From an uncultured Bacilli bacterium (GTDB taxonomy: Bacteria > Bacillota_I > Bacilli_A > RF39 > UBA660), in the NCBI GenBank assembly GCA_934098345.1, contig CAKONX010000002.1, forward strand, positions 1 to 39,706: a stretch of 39,706 nt of DNA, given 5' to 3'. Position numbers and translations under genes: made by a program. The notes under the pieces were generated by a model. That model was given only the letters and a program-made list of their open reading frames with translations. It did not search any database and was not told where the DNA came from. Numbering within the stretch: position 1 is the stretch's first letter; the number at the start of each line of letters is the position of its first letter. Shown here piece after piece: positions 25,701 to 35,215 of this stretch.

Positions 25701-25941
25701 TTCAATTCAGTTTTATATGTAATTGGGAATGCCAAAATTACTTGTGAGAAAAGTGATTATAAAGTAAGTTACCATTTTCCTCAAGTCAGGAAAATGGTTG
25801 ACATAGGATCAAAGACAAAAAGAAAAACTTTTGATTTTCGTTTATCTAGACACACATCTTGTTTAATAGTTTAAAATGCAAATCCTAGAAAAAAGTCATT
25901 TATTCTTGGACAAATACATTTTACAATGTTAATTTAATGTT
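25701..25941 (+). pseudogene. DinD-like (DNA-damage-inducible protein D family) gene remnant with an in-frame stop
   Basis: The frame reads ..CEKSDYKVSYHFPQVRKMVDIGSKTKRKTFDFRLSRHTSCLIV*NANPRKKSFILGQIHF. This parallels E. coli DinD ..CENSGHTIDDHFEEILDMVKIGSNAKRALKDIVLSRYACYLVVQNGDPAKPVIAAGQTYF, recalled from memory. It is truncated at both ends. Confidence 0.55.
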
Positions 25942-25984
25942 GGTATTTTTTTGTAAAAATGATAATATTAATATAGGTGATAAT

Positions 25985-26791
25985 ATGAATTTCGATGATG
26001 AAGATAAATTTGTTTTAAATAAATCTAATATAGTGATGATTATTATAACTTCTGTATTATTAATTATTTCTATAGTTCTAGGATTTTTCTTATATAAATC
26101 CTTAAGTAATGAAGTAAAGACTCTTCCTGATCTAGAAACAACTTTAGGAAGAACTTCAACTATTTCTAAAAGGACAACAACTATTGAAACTACAACAACT
26201 GTTACAACAACAATTCCACCTGATAAATCACCATATTACAAAGTTGATGTTAATAATATATTAACAGATGAGATATTAACAAAAGAGAATATATCTAGAG
26301 ATGATGCAAAAAAGATAGTTGAAGTTATGTTTGATTTCTTAAACAAATTTTATAACATGGGTGATGATTCTTTATTTAATATAACTGATGTAATTAAATT
26401 TGCTCATAAAGGCGAAACTGATAAAATAACTTATAAAGATGCTACATATGGTGAAATATATCAAGCAAAAGAAATTCTTGATAAAGCATATGTTAAATCA
26501 TATATCTACACTGTTACATATCCTAAATATGATAAATATCAAGTTATATATGCAGCAAACAACAAATACTACAGACTAGAAAATAAACTAGATGGTGCTG
26601 AATTAGTATTCTCAACTGTTACAATAAATCAATATAATAATGGTTATATTTCAGCTGATGTTAAGTACTATAAGTCAAATTATGAAAGTGAAGGATATAC
26701 AGCTCCTGTCTATAAAAGTGTTCCAATTGAGTTAATGTATGAAAATGGAAGATGGAAAACTAAATCATATGTTTTTCCATTATATAAGTAG
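25985..26791 (+). CDS. Membrane-anchored extracellular protein with a Thr-rich linker, function unknown
   Basis: N-terminal TM helix (IVMIIITSVLLIISIVLGFFLY), a TTTIETTTTVTTT linker and a globular C-terminus. ATG 25985 follows aggtga; the track start is 25937. Confidence 0.6.
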   Translation: MNFDDEDKFVLNKSNIVMIIITSVLLIISIVLGFFLYKSLSNEVKTLPDLETTLGRTSTISKRTTTIETTTTVTTTIPPDKSPYYKVDVNNILTDEILTKENISRDDAKKIVEVMFDFLNKFYNMGDDSLFNITDVIKFAHKGETDKITYKDATYGEIYQAKEILDKAYVKSYIYTVTYPKYDKYQVIYAANNKYYRLENKLDGAELVFSTVTINQYNNGYISADVKYYKSNYESEGYTAPVYKSVPIELMYENGRWKTKSYVFPLYK

Positions 26792-26799
26792 GTGAAAAT

Positions 26800-27159
26800 A
26801 TGACTAATAGAAAATTTAATTTAATATTTGGTATTATTTCATTTTGTATTTTAATAATAATATCTATAATGGCATATATGTTAATTCGAAATGAATCATC
26901 AAGAGTTTACTTTAATATAAAAGAGATAGAAAACTATAATTGGAAAAGTAATAATGTATTATTTAATTACATAGATGGAAAAGTAACTTTGGAAGTAAAT
27001 GGTGACAAAATGTATAATGAAAAAGAAGCAACAATTGATACTCAAACTGGAGAAATATTAAAAGATAAATTATATATAAGAAGTGTTACAAATAACAATT
27101 TAGTTATATGGTACGAAAAAGAAGAATATAGATTACAAAAAGAAATTATTGCAAGATAA
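26800..27159 (+). CDS. Small membrane-anchored protein, function unknown
   Basis: 119 aa with a single N-terminal TM helix. Lies 8 nt downstream of the previous gene with an aggtga RBS. Confidence 0.55.
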   Translation: MTNRKFNLIFGIISFCILIIISIMAYMLIRNESSRVYFNIKEIENYNWKSNNVLFNYIDGKVTLEVNGDKMYNEKEATIDTQTGEILKDKLYIRSVTNNNLVIWYEKEEYRLQKEIIAR

Positions 27160-27184
27160 AAGACTGGTTATCCAGTCTTTTTTA
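27158..27184. terminator. Bidirectional terminator between convergent genes
   Basis: aaagactgg, loop ttat, ccagtcttt, with A and T runs on either side. Confidence 0.75.
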
Positions 27185-28984
27185 GTTGTTTACAACATCA
27201 AATGTAATTGTTTGAACATTAGTAGTAAGAACACCATTTCTAACACTTTGATTAATAATTGTTCCATTTGTATAATCTTCACTTGTAGTAACATTTACAA
27301 ATACTTCAATGCCTCTAGCTTCACACCAACTTTTAGCATATTCAATTGATTTATTTTTAAAATTTGGAATTGATTCTTGTCTTTTAACTGTGTAGTATTT
27401 TTTTCCAATTACTGGAACTTCATAAGTGTCATTAACTGAGAAGTTAAATGTTTTAACTGGTTCATTTTTTTCAAGTTCTAAAGTAACTTTTAATGCATGT
27501 TTTATCTCTTCAAGACTTTGTTCATAATATTGGAATGTATAAACCGAACTTCTTAAATTATTTACATACATTGTTAAATCATAACCAGTTAAATATGTTT
27601 TTTGAATATTTATCATTGATCCTGAGTTACCACTAAATATCATTGATTTACCAACATTATACAAGTTCATCATTTGATTAGTAGACATATTAGTATCAAT
27701 ATTTGCTGATATAGAATCTAATACTTTAAAGAAAGCATCAACATTTTTTAAATTCTTTGCTGAATTGGCAATTGCTTCAACAACTAATTGCTGATGTTGT
27801 ACCCTTTGGAAGTCCCCTGCAGGAAGAGTGTGTCTATGTCTTGCAAATGCAAGTGCTTGTTCACCATCCATATGTTGGAATCCGCTTTTTATACATTGTA
27901 AATCCTCAGGCTTTTTACTTCTTTTTGAATTTTGCTCACAGAAATTTATTTTTTCTGGAACCGTTATATCAATACCATCAAGGGCATTAACTAAATCAAC
28001 AACACCTTTAAAATTAATTTTTACATAATAATCTATTTTAATATCAACTAAATTTTCAACTGTATTAATAACGCACGTTGAACCATAAGCTGCTGAAGAA
28101 TTTATTTTTGATGATTCTCCTTTTAAACAAGCAATTGGTACATAAGTATCTCTTGGAATTGAAAATACTGTGGCATTTAATGTGTTAGGATTAAAACTCA
28201 TAAGCATTAATGTGTCTCCATTAAAAGCTTGATTAGCGTTTAATACATCACTTGTTGAATCAACTCCCATTATAAGAACAGTGAAAGGTTTATCAACAGT
28301 TCCAGGATTTTCAATATAATCTTGATTTTTCATTTCTTTAGAATAGGTAAATTGAACTTTGACTTCATTTTCTATATTCTTATAAGCATCATAACCTTCA
28401 AATTTTATAATATAATTACTTGTAATAAATATAGCATCAAGTTCACCACCATAAAGTTTTTCTAATAGTTCAAAGTTTGAATCATACTCTGTAACGTTTA
28501 CTTTTAATTTTTCCTTTTTTATATATTCTTTTGGTAGAATATTACCTTCAACATCAGTTTCATTATTTAAAATACCTACTTTAAAATCATTAGTATTGGA
28601 AAATTCTTTATCATTTAATAAAATCATATTGGTTGTATAAAGTATTTTATCTTTACTCATACTATCTAAAATACCATATACTTTATTAATTGTAAGTGAA
28701 CCAACAAGGGAAACAGCTGCAATTAGAAGTACTATAAAGGATAAAAATATAACTGTTTTATTTTTTTTACTCATAAGTAGAAGTAAATTACCAATAATAT
28801 AAAGTAGAAGTAATACTCCTAATACAGAAAGAGCAATAACTCTAAGAGTTGTTTCAATATTATTAAGTAGTAAAAGTGATCTAAAAAGATAACCATAACT
28901 AAAGATAAAAATTATTGAAACAAATATATATACTAAACGAATACTTAATTTGGTATTGTTAAATTTCTTTAAGAATTTTTTCAT
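27182..28984 (-). CDS. LCP-family (LytR-CpsA-Psr) cell-wall glycopolymer transferase with a C-terminal PASTA-like domain
   Basis: N-terminal TM helices. LCP core FTVLIMGVDS...GDTLMLMSFNP...FSIPRDTYV...YYVKINFKGVVDLVNALDGIDITVP...ALAFARHRH. The last ~60 aa (IPNFKNKSIEYAKSWCEARGIEVFVNV..GTIINQSV..G....TITFDV) fit the PASTA pattern. Confidence 0.85.
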   Translation of the reverse strand: MKKFLKKFNNTKLSIRLVYIFVSIIFIFSYGYLFRSLLLLNNIETTLRVIALSVLGVLLLLYIIGNLLLLMSKKNKTVIFLSFIVLLIAAVSLVGSLTINKVYGILDSMSKDKILYTTNMILLNDKEFSNTNDFKVGILNNETDVEGNILPKEYIKKEKLKVNVTEYDSNFELLEKLYGGELDAIFITSNYIIKFEGYDAYKNIENEVKVQFTYSKEMKNQDYIENPGTVDKPFTVLIMGVDSTSDVLNANQAFNGDTLMLMSFNPNTLNATVFSIPRDTYVPIACLKGESSKINSSAAYGSTCVINTVENLVDIKIDYYVKINFKGVVDLVNALDGIDITVPEKINFCEQNSKRSKKPEDLQCIKSGFQHMDGEQALAFARHRHTLPAGDFQRVQHQQLVVEAIANSAKNLKNVDAFFKVLDSISANIDTNMSTNQMMNLYNVGKSMIFSGNSGSMINIQKTYLTGYDLTMYVNNLRSSVYTFQYYEQSLEEIKHALKVTLELEKNEPVKTFNFSVNDTYEVPVIGKKYYTVKRQESIPNFKNKSIEYAKSWCEARGIEVFVNVTTSEDYTNGTIINQSVRNGVLTTNVQTITFDVVNN

Positions 28985-29117
28985 TTATATCTTCCCCTTT
29001 ATACTTCTATATAGTATAGGAAAATTATACTACAAAGAAGAAAGTAACACAATTAATTTTTATATTTATTTTTTCTTATATGTTTGTTATAATTATTTTG
29101 TGAAGTGAGGAAAAACA

Positions 29118-29882
29118 ATGAACAAGAAGACTAGAACAATTATATTTATAATATGTTTATTTTTATTAGTAAGTTTTGGAATAATATATATTTTTAGTGA
29201 GTTATATGCAGAACATGATATTCCAATAACAACAGTAACTGATGCATATAAATTTAAAAATGAATATGAAAGCGTTAATGATCAAGAAACTAGCAGTGGT
29301 AAAAAAATCAGAAATTTAACTATAGCTGATAATAATCCATTTGTTTATAAAACACCTGAAGAATTAGTTAAGATGATTGAGGATAAGAAAACATTTGTTG
29401 TTTACTTTGGATTTAGTACTTGTCCTTGGTGTAGAAGTGTTATAGATTCGTTAGTTGATGCATCTTTAGAAAAAGAAGTTAAAAAGATTTATTATGTAGA
29501 TGTTAAAGAAATTCGTGATACATTTGAATTAAATGATAATAATGAAGCTGTTAGAACTAAAGAAGGAACAGAAGCTTATTATAAATTACTTGAACTATTA
29601 AATCCTGTATTACAAGATTATAGTCCACTTACTTATGAAACTAAAAAAGGTAAGACTAAAGAAGTTAAAATTGATGAAAAAAGAATTTATGCTCCAAGTG
29701 TTGTAATAGTTAAAAATGGAGAAGCAATTAGTTTAGAAACTGGTATAGTTGAAAAATTAACTGATCCTTATATGGAATTAACTGATGAAATAAAATGTGA
29801 AATCAAAGAAGCGTTTGCTTGTATGTTTGATAAACTTGAAAGTGAAGAAAATACTTGCTCAGTAGAAAATAAAACTTGTTAA
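29118..29882 (+). CDS. Membrane-anchored thioredoxin-like protein (CPWC motif)
   Basis: N-terminal TM helix and FVVYFGFSTCPWCRSV. It resembles the thioredoxin-fold bacteriocin-transport-accessory type family. Confidence 0.6.
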   Translation: MNKKTRTIIFIICLFLLVSFGIIYIFSELYAEHDIPITTVTDAYKFKNEYESVNDQETSSGKKIRNLTIADNNPFVYKTPEELVKMIEDKKTFVVYFGFSTCPWCRSVIDSLVDASLEKEVKKIYYVDVKEIRDTFELNDNNEAVRTKEGTEAYYKLLELLNPVLQDYSPLTYETKKGKTKEVKIDEKRIYAPSVVIVKNGEAISLETGIVEKLTDPYMELTDEIKCEIKEAFACMFDKLESEENTCSVENKTC

Positions 29883-29892
29883 AAAAAGAAAA

Positions 29893-30639
29893 TCATTTTT
29901 TAGAAGATTTTCTTTTTTTTGCTTTAATTTTGGTTTCGTTTAATTCTTTATTTAATTTTACTTTGTCTTTATTAAGCTTATTTTTTAATAAATATATTTT
30001 ATTAAATACTTTCATATCTGGAAATGATGCAATAAGTCTTTTATGTAGGAAAGTTTTTGAATTTAATATTTCTTTTACTTTTTTAGTAATTACTTCTGTT
30101 GAATCGCATCTTATTGAACTTGATATATTTTTTAAAGAAATAATAATGTTAAACGATAAAATTATATCAATTAACGTGATTACTAGTAATAGTATAGTAA
30201 TTATTTTTAATGCTAAATCACTAAATGATGTTAATAAAGTTATTAAAATAGGATTTATTCCATAGAACATTACAATACCACCAATTCCAAAAGGAATAGC
30301 GCATTCTAGACAAATACGACCATTAATATTAAATTTTTGATCACTGTAATCCCACCAACGATTTTTAAATACTTTTTCCATTACATATGAAGTAATATAT
30401 TCAAGTACGGCACATAATATAATTGCCATTATAAATAAGACTAATGGATCACTTGCATACTTGTTTAAAAGAAGTGTAATTAAAACTCCACCAAAACCAT
30501 ATATTGGGCAAAGGGGACCAATTAGAAATCCTCTGTTTACAAATTTATGCATTTTTAAGAGAGTTACTATTATTTCAATTACCCATCCAATAAATGAGTA
30601 ACAATAAAATAATAAAATTAGAATACAAAGTTCTTTCAT
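29893..30639 (-). CDS. Polytopic membrane protein of the 'putative ABC-transporter type IV' (CmpB-like) family
   Basis: The N-terminus has SFIGWVIEI...NRGFLIGPLCPIYGFGGVLI, characteristic of that family, followed by multiple TM helices. Confidence 0.6.
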   Translation of the reverse strand: MKELCILILLFYCYSFIGWVIEIIVTLLKMHKFVNRGFLIGPLCPIYGFGGVLITLLLNKYASDPLVLFIMAIILCAVLEYITSYVMEKVFKNRWWDYSDQKFNINGRICLECAIPFGIGGIVMFYGINPILITLLTSFSDLALKIITILLLVITLIDIILSFNIIISLKNISSSIRCDSTEVITKKVKEILNSKTFLHKRLIASFPDMKVFNKIYLLKNKLNKDKVKLNKELNETKIKAKKRKSSKK

Positions 30640-30721
30640 ATCATCACCTATAAAAATTATATCATAATGTTTGATTATTAGGGAATAGGTGTTATAATAT
30701 TCATGAGAGGATTGATTAGAT

Positions 30722-31153
30722 ATGAAAAAATCTAAATTAATGTTTTTTAGTATAGCAGTAATGTTCTTGGTTTGTTCTTGTTTTGTTTCAGCATCGTTTT
30801 CTTACTTTATAAAACCTTCAACAAATGAGACAGATTTATTAACTGCTAGTTTAATAAGTAATGAAATTAGTTATGATTATATAGAAGGATTAAATTCAGG
30901 TGAAGAAAAAAGTGTTGTTGTTACAATTATGAGTAATAATAACTTTGATACATTTTTTAAATTATATTATAAAGGAAATGTAATAGTTACTTCAGAAGAA
31001 AGAACAACTGATAAATTAGAAAGTTTTCAAAATAAAGCTATAACAGTAAATGTAAAAAATGATACCAATGAATATCAAACATTTAAAATAGATGCTAAAA
31101 GTGGACTAAATTTTGGAGAACTTGAATTAAATGATGAGGAAAATGAAATATAA
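30722..31153 (+). CDS. Small secreted protein with a SipW-dependent-type signal peptide (TasA/camelysin-like leader)
   Basis: MKKSK..h-region..ASFSYFIKPSTNETDLLTASL resembles the A-x-F-A-Y-F-T/S-D...N.F.AG.L motif of SipW-type signal peptides. Confidence 0.5.
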   Translation: MKKSKLMFFSIAVMFLVCSCFVSASFSYFIKPSTNETDLLTASLISNEISYDYIEGLNSGEEKSVVVTIMSNNNFDTFFKLYYKGNVIVTSEERTTDKLESFQNKAITVNVKNDTNEYQTFKIDAKSGLNFGELELNDEENEI

Positions 31154-31208
31154 TTTTCCTTTTTGTTTGTTTTATATTTTATATTTGATATAATTAGATA
31201 GATAGGAA

Positions 31209-32216
31209 GTGCTTAATGTGAAATATATATCTTTTGTTGTTCCATGTTATAATTCAGAAAAGTATATGGAAAATTGTATTGATTCTTTACTAATTGGTGG
31301 AGAAGATGTTGAAATAATTATTATAGATGATGGATCAACTGATAAAACTGGAAAAATTGCAGATAAATATCAAAAAAAATATCCAAGTATAATAAAAGCT
31401 ATTCATCAAGAAAATGGTGGACATGGTGCTGGAATAATGACTGGTTTAAAAGCTGCAACTGGAAAATACTTTAAAGTTCTTGACAGTGATGACTGGGTTG
31501 ATAAAAAAGCTTATAAAACATTACTTAAAAAAATAAAGAAAATTGATTCAGATTTAATAATCATGAATTATGTTTATACTTATACTGATGGTAGGACAAA
31601 TCAAACTATTTCATTTAAAAATGTTTTTAAAGAGGAAGAAGAAATGACTTGGGATGAAATGAAAAGATTTAAACCAACTCAATATTTATCTCTTCATTCT
31701 CTTATGTATAAGAAAAGCGTATTAGATGCATCTAATATGGAATTACCACTTCATACTTTTTATGAAGATAACTTATTTATTTATATTCCATTTGTTAATA
31801 CTAAAACAATTTATTATCTAGATTTAGATTTCTATAGATATTTTATTGGAAGAGAAGATCAATCAGTTCAAGAACCACAATTAATAAAAAGAAGTTCACA
31901 TCAAGTTCTTGTTACTAAACTTGTATGTAATAAATATGATTTAAATACAGTAGAATCTAAAAAATTAAGAAATATGATGTATCGAGAATGTGTATTCTGT
32001 ATGACTATTGGTACAATATTTTCGCGTCTTGCTATGAATGAAGAGGGAGAAAAACAATATAAAGAATTATGGAATAGTATTAAAGAAAATAATCCAAAAC
32101 TTTATAAGAAATTACGTTTTTCAAAAGCAGGATTTGTATCTCTTCCTGGTAAGTTTGGTAGATTCATAGCTATAAAAGGTTATAGATTTGCTCATAGTCT
32201 AGTTAAATTTAACTAG
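31209..32216 (+). CDS. Family 2 glycosyltransferase
   Basis: SFVVPCYNSEKYMENCIDSLL, IIIIDDGSTDKT and LDSDDW (DxD). The start is either GTG 31209 or GTG 31218. Confidence 0.9.
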   Translation: MLNVKYISFVVPCYNSEKYMENCIDSLLIGGEDVEIIIIDDGSTDKTGKIADKYQKKYPSIIKAIHQENGGHGAGIMTGLKAATGKYFKVLDSDDWVDKKAYKTLLKKIKKIDSDLIIMNYVYTYTDGRTNQTISFKNVFKEEEEMTWDEMKRFKPTQYLSLHSLMYKKSVLDASNMELPLHTFYEDNLFIYIPFVNTKTIYYLDLDFYRYFIGREDQSVQEPQLIKRSSHQVLVTKLVCNKYDLNTVESKKLRNMMYRECVFCMTIGTIFSRLAMNEEGEKQYKELWNSIKENNPKLYKKLRFSKAGFVSLPGKFGRFIAIKGYRFAHSLVKFN

Positions 32217-32241
32217 GCTTTTATATTAAGGAGACTAAATT

Positions 32242-34449
32242 ATGAAAGAATTACTTGTACCAGTTGGTAGTGTGGATTCCCTAAAAGCTGCGGTTATGAA
32301 TGGTGCAGATGCTATATATTTAGGTGGAAAAAAATTTGGAGCAAGAGCTCGTGCAGTAAATTTTACAGATGAAGAAATGGAAGAAGCAATTAAATTTGCT
32401 CATCTTTATGGTGTAAAAATATACGTAACTGTTAATACATTAATCTATGAAAGTGAATTGGAAAGTGTCTATAAATATTGTAAATTTTTACATAATATAG
32501 GAGTTGATGCTTTAATTGTTCAAGATATTGGACTTATGAATTTACTTCATAATTGTTTACCTAATTTAGAAATTCATGCTTCTACTCAAGTTCATAATAT
32601 ATGTGGGTTTGGTTTAAAAATTTTAGAAGATTTAAATGTAAAAAGAGTTGTTTTTGCAAGAGAATTATCTCTTGAAGAAATAAACAATATTAAAACTAAC
32701 ATGGAAAAAGAAATATTTATTCATGGAGCATTATGTATAAGTTACTCTGGAGAGTGTTTGTTTTCTTCAATGCTTTTAAATAGAAGTGGCAATAGAGGTG
32801 AATGTGCTCAAGTTTGTAGATTACCATATAAAATAAAAGAAAATAATGAATTTGTAACAACTAATGGAGAATATTTATTGTCAACTAGAGAACTTAATAC
32901 AATTTCTAGGTTTAAAGAAATAATGGAAAGTGGTGTTAAATCTTTAAAAATAGAAGGTCGTATGAAAGACTCTACGTATGTTGCCTGTGTTACAAGAATG
33001 TATAGAAATTTAATTGATTATTATTATGGTAAAGATACTTTAAAAATAGATGAATATATGCATGATATAGAGGTTATTTTCAATAGAAAATACATAACTG
33101 GATTTTTGTTTAATGCAACTAATGAAAACCTTATGAATATTGAAACTTCAAATCATGTTGGAGTTAAAATTGGTAAAGTTATTAATAAAGACCATAAATA
33201 TATTTATATAAAATTGGTGGAACCATTAAATCAAGAAGATGGTATTAGAATAAAAGAAACTAATGATGGAATGATTGTTAATTATCTTTATGATAAAAAA
33301 GGTAAACTTGTATCTTCTTCTAATGATATAGCTATAATTGACAATAAGATTAATGCTTCTGTTGGTGATTCAGTTTATAAAACAAGTGATATATTACTAA
33401 AGAAAAAATATGAAATATTACCAAATAGAAAAGTAGATATTGATGTTTTTGTTAAAGCAAGTTTAAATGAAGTTTATATAAAAATAAATGATGGAGAAAA
33501 TGAAGTAAGCGAAAGTAAAACAATTGCTAGTAAAGCAATAAATGCTCCAATTACAAAAGAAACTATTTTAAAACAAATAAATAAACTCGGTAACACTCCT
33601 TTTAATTTAAAAAATATTGATATTACATTAGAAGATAATATATTTATTAATATTAAAGATTTAAATGAATTAAGAAGAGAGTTAATAGAAAAACTTATAA
33701 ATATAAGAGAAAATAAAAAGAAACAAGTAATTGAAAAAGAATATATATCTAAAAAAGAGCTTGATTATAATAATAAAGTAAATTATTCTATTTTAGTAAG
33801 AAATGAAGAACAATTAAAATGTGCACTTACATTCTTTGATCGTATATATGTAGATGAAAAGTATCTTTATTTAAAATATAAGGATAATGATAAAGTATAT
33901 TTTAGAAGTAGTCGTATTTTTAGTAAAATAGATTATCAAAATGTTTTATCTACTGAATTAGGTTCTTTATATTTAAATCATGGTATAGCAGATTATTATT
34001 TAAATATAACTAATCATGAAACTATAAACTACTTAAGTAACTATAGTAAAATTTTAACTTTATCTGTTGAGTTAAGTGATGAAGAAATAAGTAATATTAT
34101 GAATTACTATAATAATAAAGCTAATTTGGAAGTGGTTGTTTATTCAAGAATTGAACTTATGATTACTAAATATTGTCCAGTTAATTTTTTAACAAATAAA
34201 GATAAAGTTTGTACAAAATGTCATCATAATGAATACAAACTTGTTGATAGAAACAATGAAGAATATCCAATTTTAACAGATAAAGATAAGCATTTAACAC
34301 ATATTCTGGATTATAAGATTACAAATAAACTATTAAATTTAAAATATTATTATGATTTAGGTATACGTAATTTTAGGATAGAACTTACAAATGAAACAAG
34401 TGAAAGTATTAACGAGTTAATTAATGAAATCAAAAAAAGCAACATTTAG
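32242..34449 (+). CDS. U32-family peptidase-like protein (long form with a C-terminal extension)
   Basis: ELLVPVGSVDSLKAAVMNGADAIYLGG..FGARA, IHASTQ and E..IHGALCISYSGECLFS are the U32 signature blocks. Confidence 0.9.
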   Translation: MKELLVPVGSVDSLKAAVMNGADAIYLGGKKFGARARAVNFTDEEMEEAIKFAHLYGVKIYVTVNTLIYESELESVYKYCKFLHNIGVDALIVQDIGLMNLLHNCLPNLEIHASTQVHNICGFGLKILEDLNVKRVVFARELSLEEINNIKTNMEKEIFIHGALCISYSGECLFSSMLLNRSGNRGECAQVCRLPYKIKENNEFVTTNGEYLLSTRELNTISRFKEIMESGVKSLKIEGRMKDSTYVACVTRMYRNLIDYYYGKDTLKIDEYMHDIEVIFNRKYITGFLFNATNENLMNIETSNHVGVKIGKVINKDHKYIYIKLVEPLNQEDGIRIKETNDGMIVNYLYDKKGKLVSSSNDIAIIDNKINASVGDSVYKTSDILLKKKYEILPNRKVDIDVFVKASLNEVYIKINDGENEVSESKTIASKAINAPITKETILKQINKLGNTPFNLKNIDITLEDNIFINIKDLNELRRELIEKLINIRENKKKQVIEKEYISKKELDYNNKVNYSILVRNEEQLKCALTFFDRIYVDEKYLYLKYKDNDKVYFRSSRIFSKIDYQNVLSTELGSLYLNHGIADYYLNITNHETINYLSNYSKILTLSVELSDEEISNIMNYYNNKANLEVVVYSRIELMITKYCPVNFLTNKDKVCTKCHHNEYKLVDRNNEEYPILTDKDKHLTHILDYKITNKLLNLKYYYDLGIRNFRIELTNETSESINELINEIKKSNI

Positions 34450-34461
34450 TTGCTTTTTTTC
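34436..34461 (+). terminator. Intrinsic terminator after the U32 gene
   Basis: aaagcaac, loop attta, gttgcttt, followed by a T run. Overlaps the stop codon. Confidence 0.75.
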
Positions 34462-34910
34462 AACATTATATTATTTATTAATACAAAAAGTTTTTAATAA
34501 AATAGGGGAATGAACAAAAAATATTCCACGTATTAATAAATAATTAAATCTCAACACATGAGATATACTACATAAAATAATTTCGACATTAAGTCATTTA
34601 ATAAATTGTTTAAATGCATTTACTACGCCATAGCCTAGCCCTCATATTCGAAAATATAAGAATGCAACACTAGTAATAAAAATAAATCACATCCTGTGTT
34701 TATAATTATTTGTGGTTTAAGTCTGTTATGTCACCGTTGTTTTTATCTATTACTAAATCCAAACTGGTTTATTCACATTGTTTTCATCGTGAAAAACCTT
34801 TTAGCGCACCACCTAGTATAATTATAATATAAATATTTTTAAAAGAAAGTATAAATTTACTAGTAGACATTTTATTTTACATTATTTATAATTTATTTAT
34901 GGAGGTAATT

Positions 34911-35114
34911 ATGGAATTAGAAGAATTATGTGAAAAATATGTTTATATTACCTTTCATGATGGTACAACTTTGGAAGGATTACTTGTAGATGTAAAGTCA
35001 GTAGAAGATTATGAAGATATGATTTTTTATAAAACTTTAACTATAAGAGATGAAGATGCCAAGTATAACGTTGTTTATTTAAATGAAATAGAAAGTATTG
35101 AAGAAATAAAATAA
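34911..35114 (+). CDS. Small acidic protein, function unknown
   Basis: 67 aa from ATG 34911, with ggagg 5 nt upstream. No motif was recognised. Confidence 0.5.
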   Translation: MELEELCEKYVYITFHDGTTLEGLLVDVKSVEDYEDMIFYKTLTIRDEDAKYNVVYLNEIESIEEIK

Positions 35115-35130
35115 ATTTAGTATAATTAAG

Positions 35131-35155
35131 TTGCAGTGCCTACTGCATTTTTTTT
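35131..35155 (+). terminator. Intrinsic terminator
   Basis: tgcagt, loop gcct, actgca, followed by nine T. Confidence 0.8.
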
Positions 35156-35215
35156 TGCTTTTTTTCGTATAATTTTCATGATTATAGTGATATAATAAAT
35201 TTAGGATGTGATAAT

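Noticed and set aside
27149-28028. Plus-strand track ORFs 27149-27349, 27757-27990 and 27828-28028 inside the LCP gene, and 29876-30265(+) inside the CmpB-like membrane protein gene.
   Set aside because: They are antisense to genes with clear family motifs, and their translations are low-complexity. I treated them as shadow ORFs.
34804-34813. The minus-strand sequence ggtggtgcgc, resembling a T-box core or the 3' end of a tmRNA.
   Set aside because: It lacks the full GGTGGTACCGCG T-box consensus. No downstream minus-strand gene or terminator is present. There is no tRNA-like T-arm or CCA context for tmRNA.
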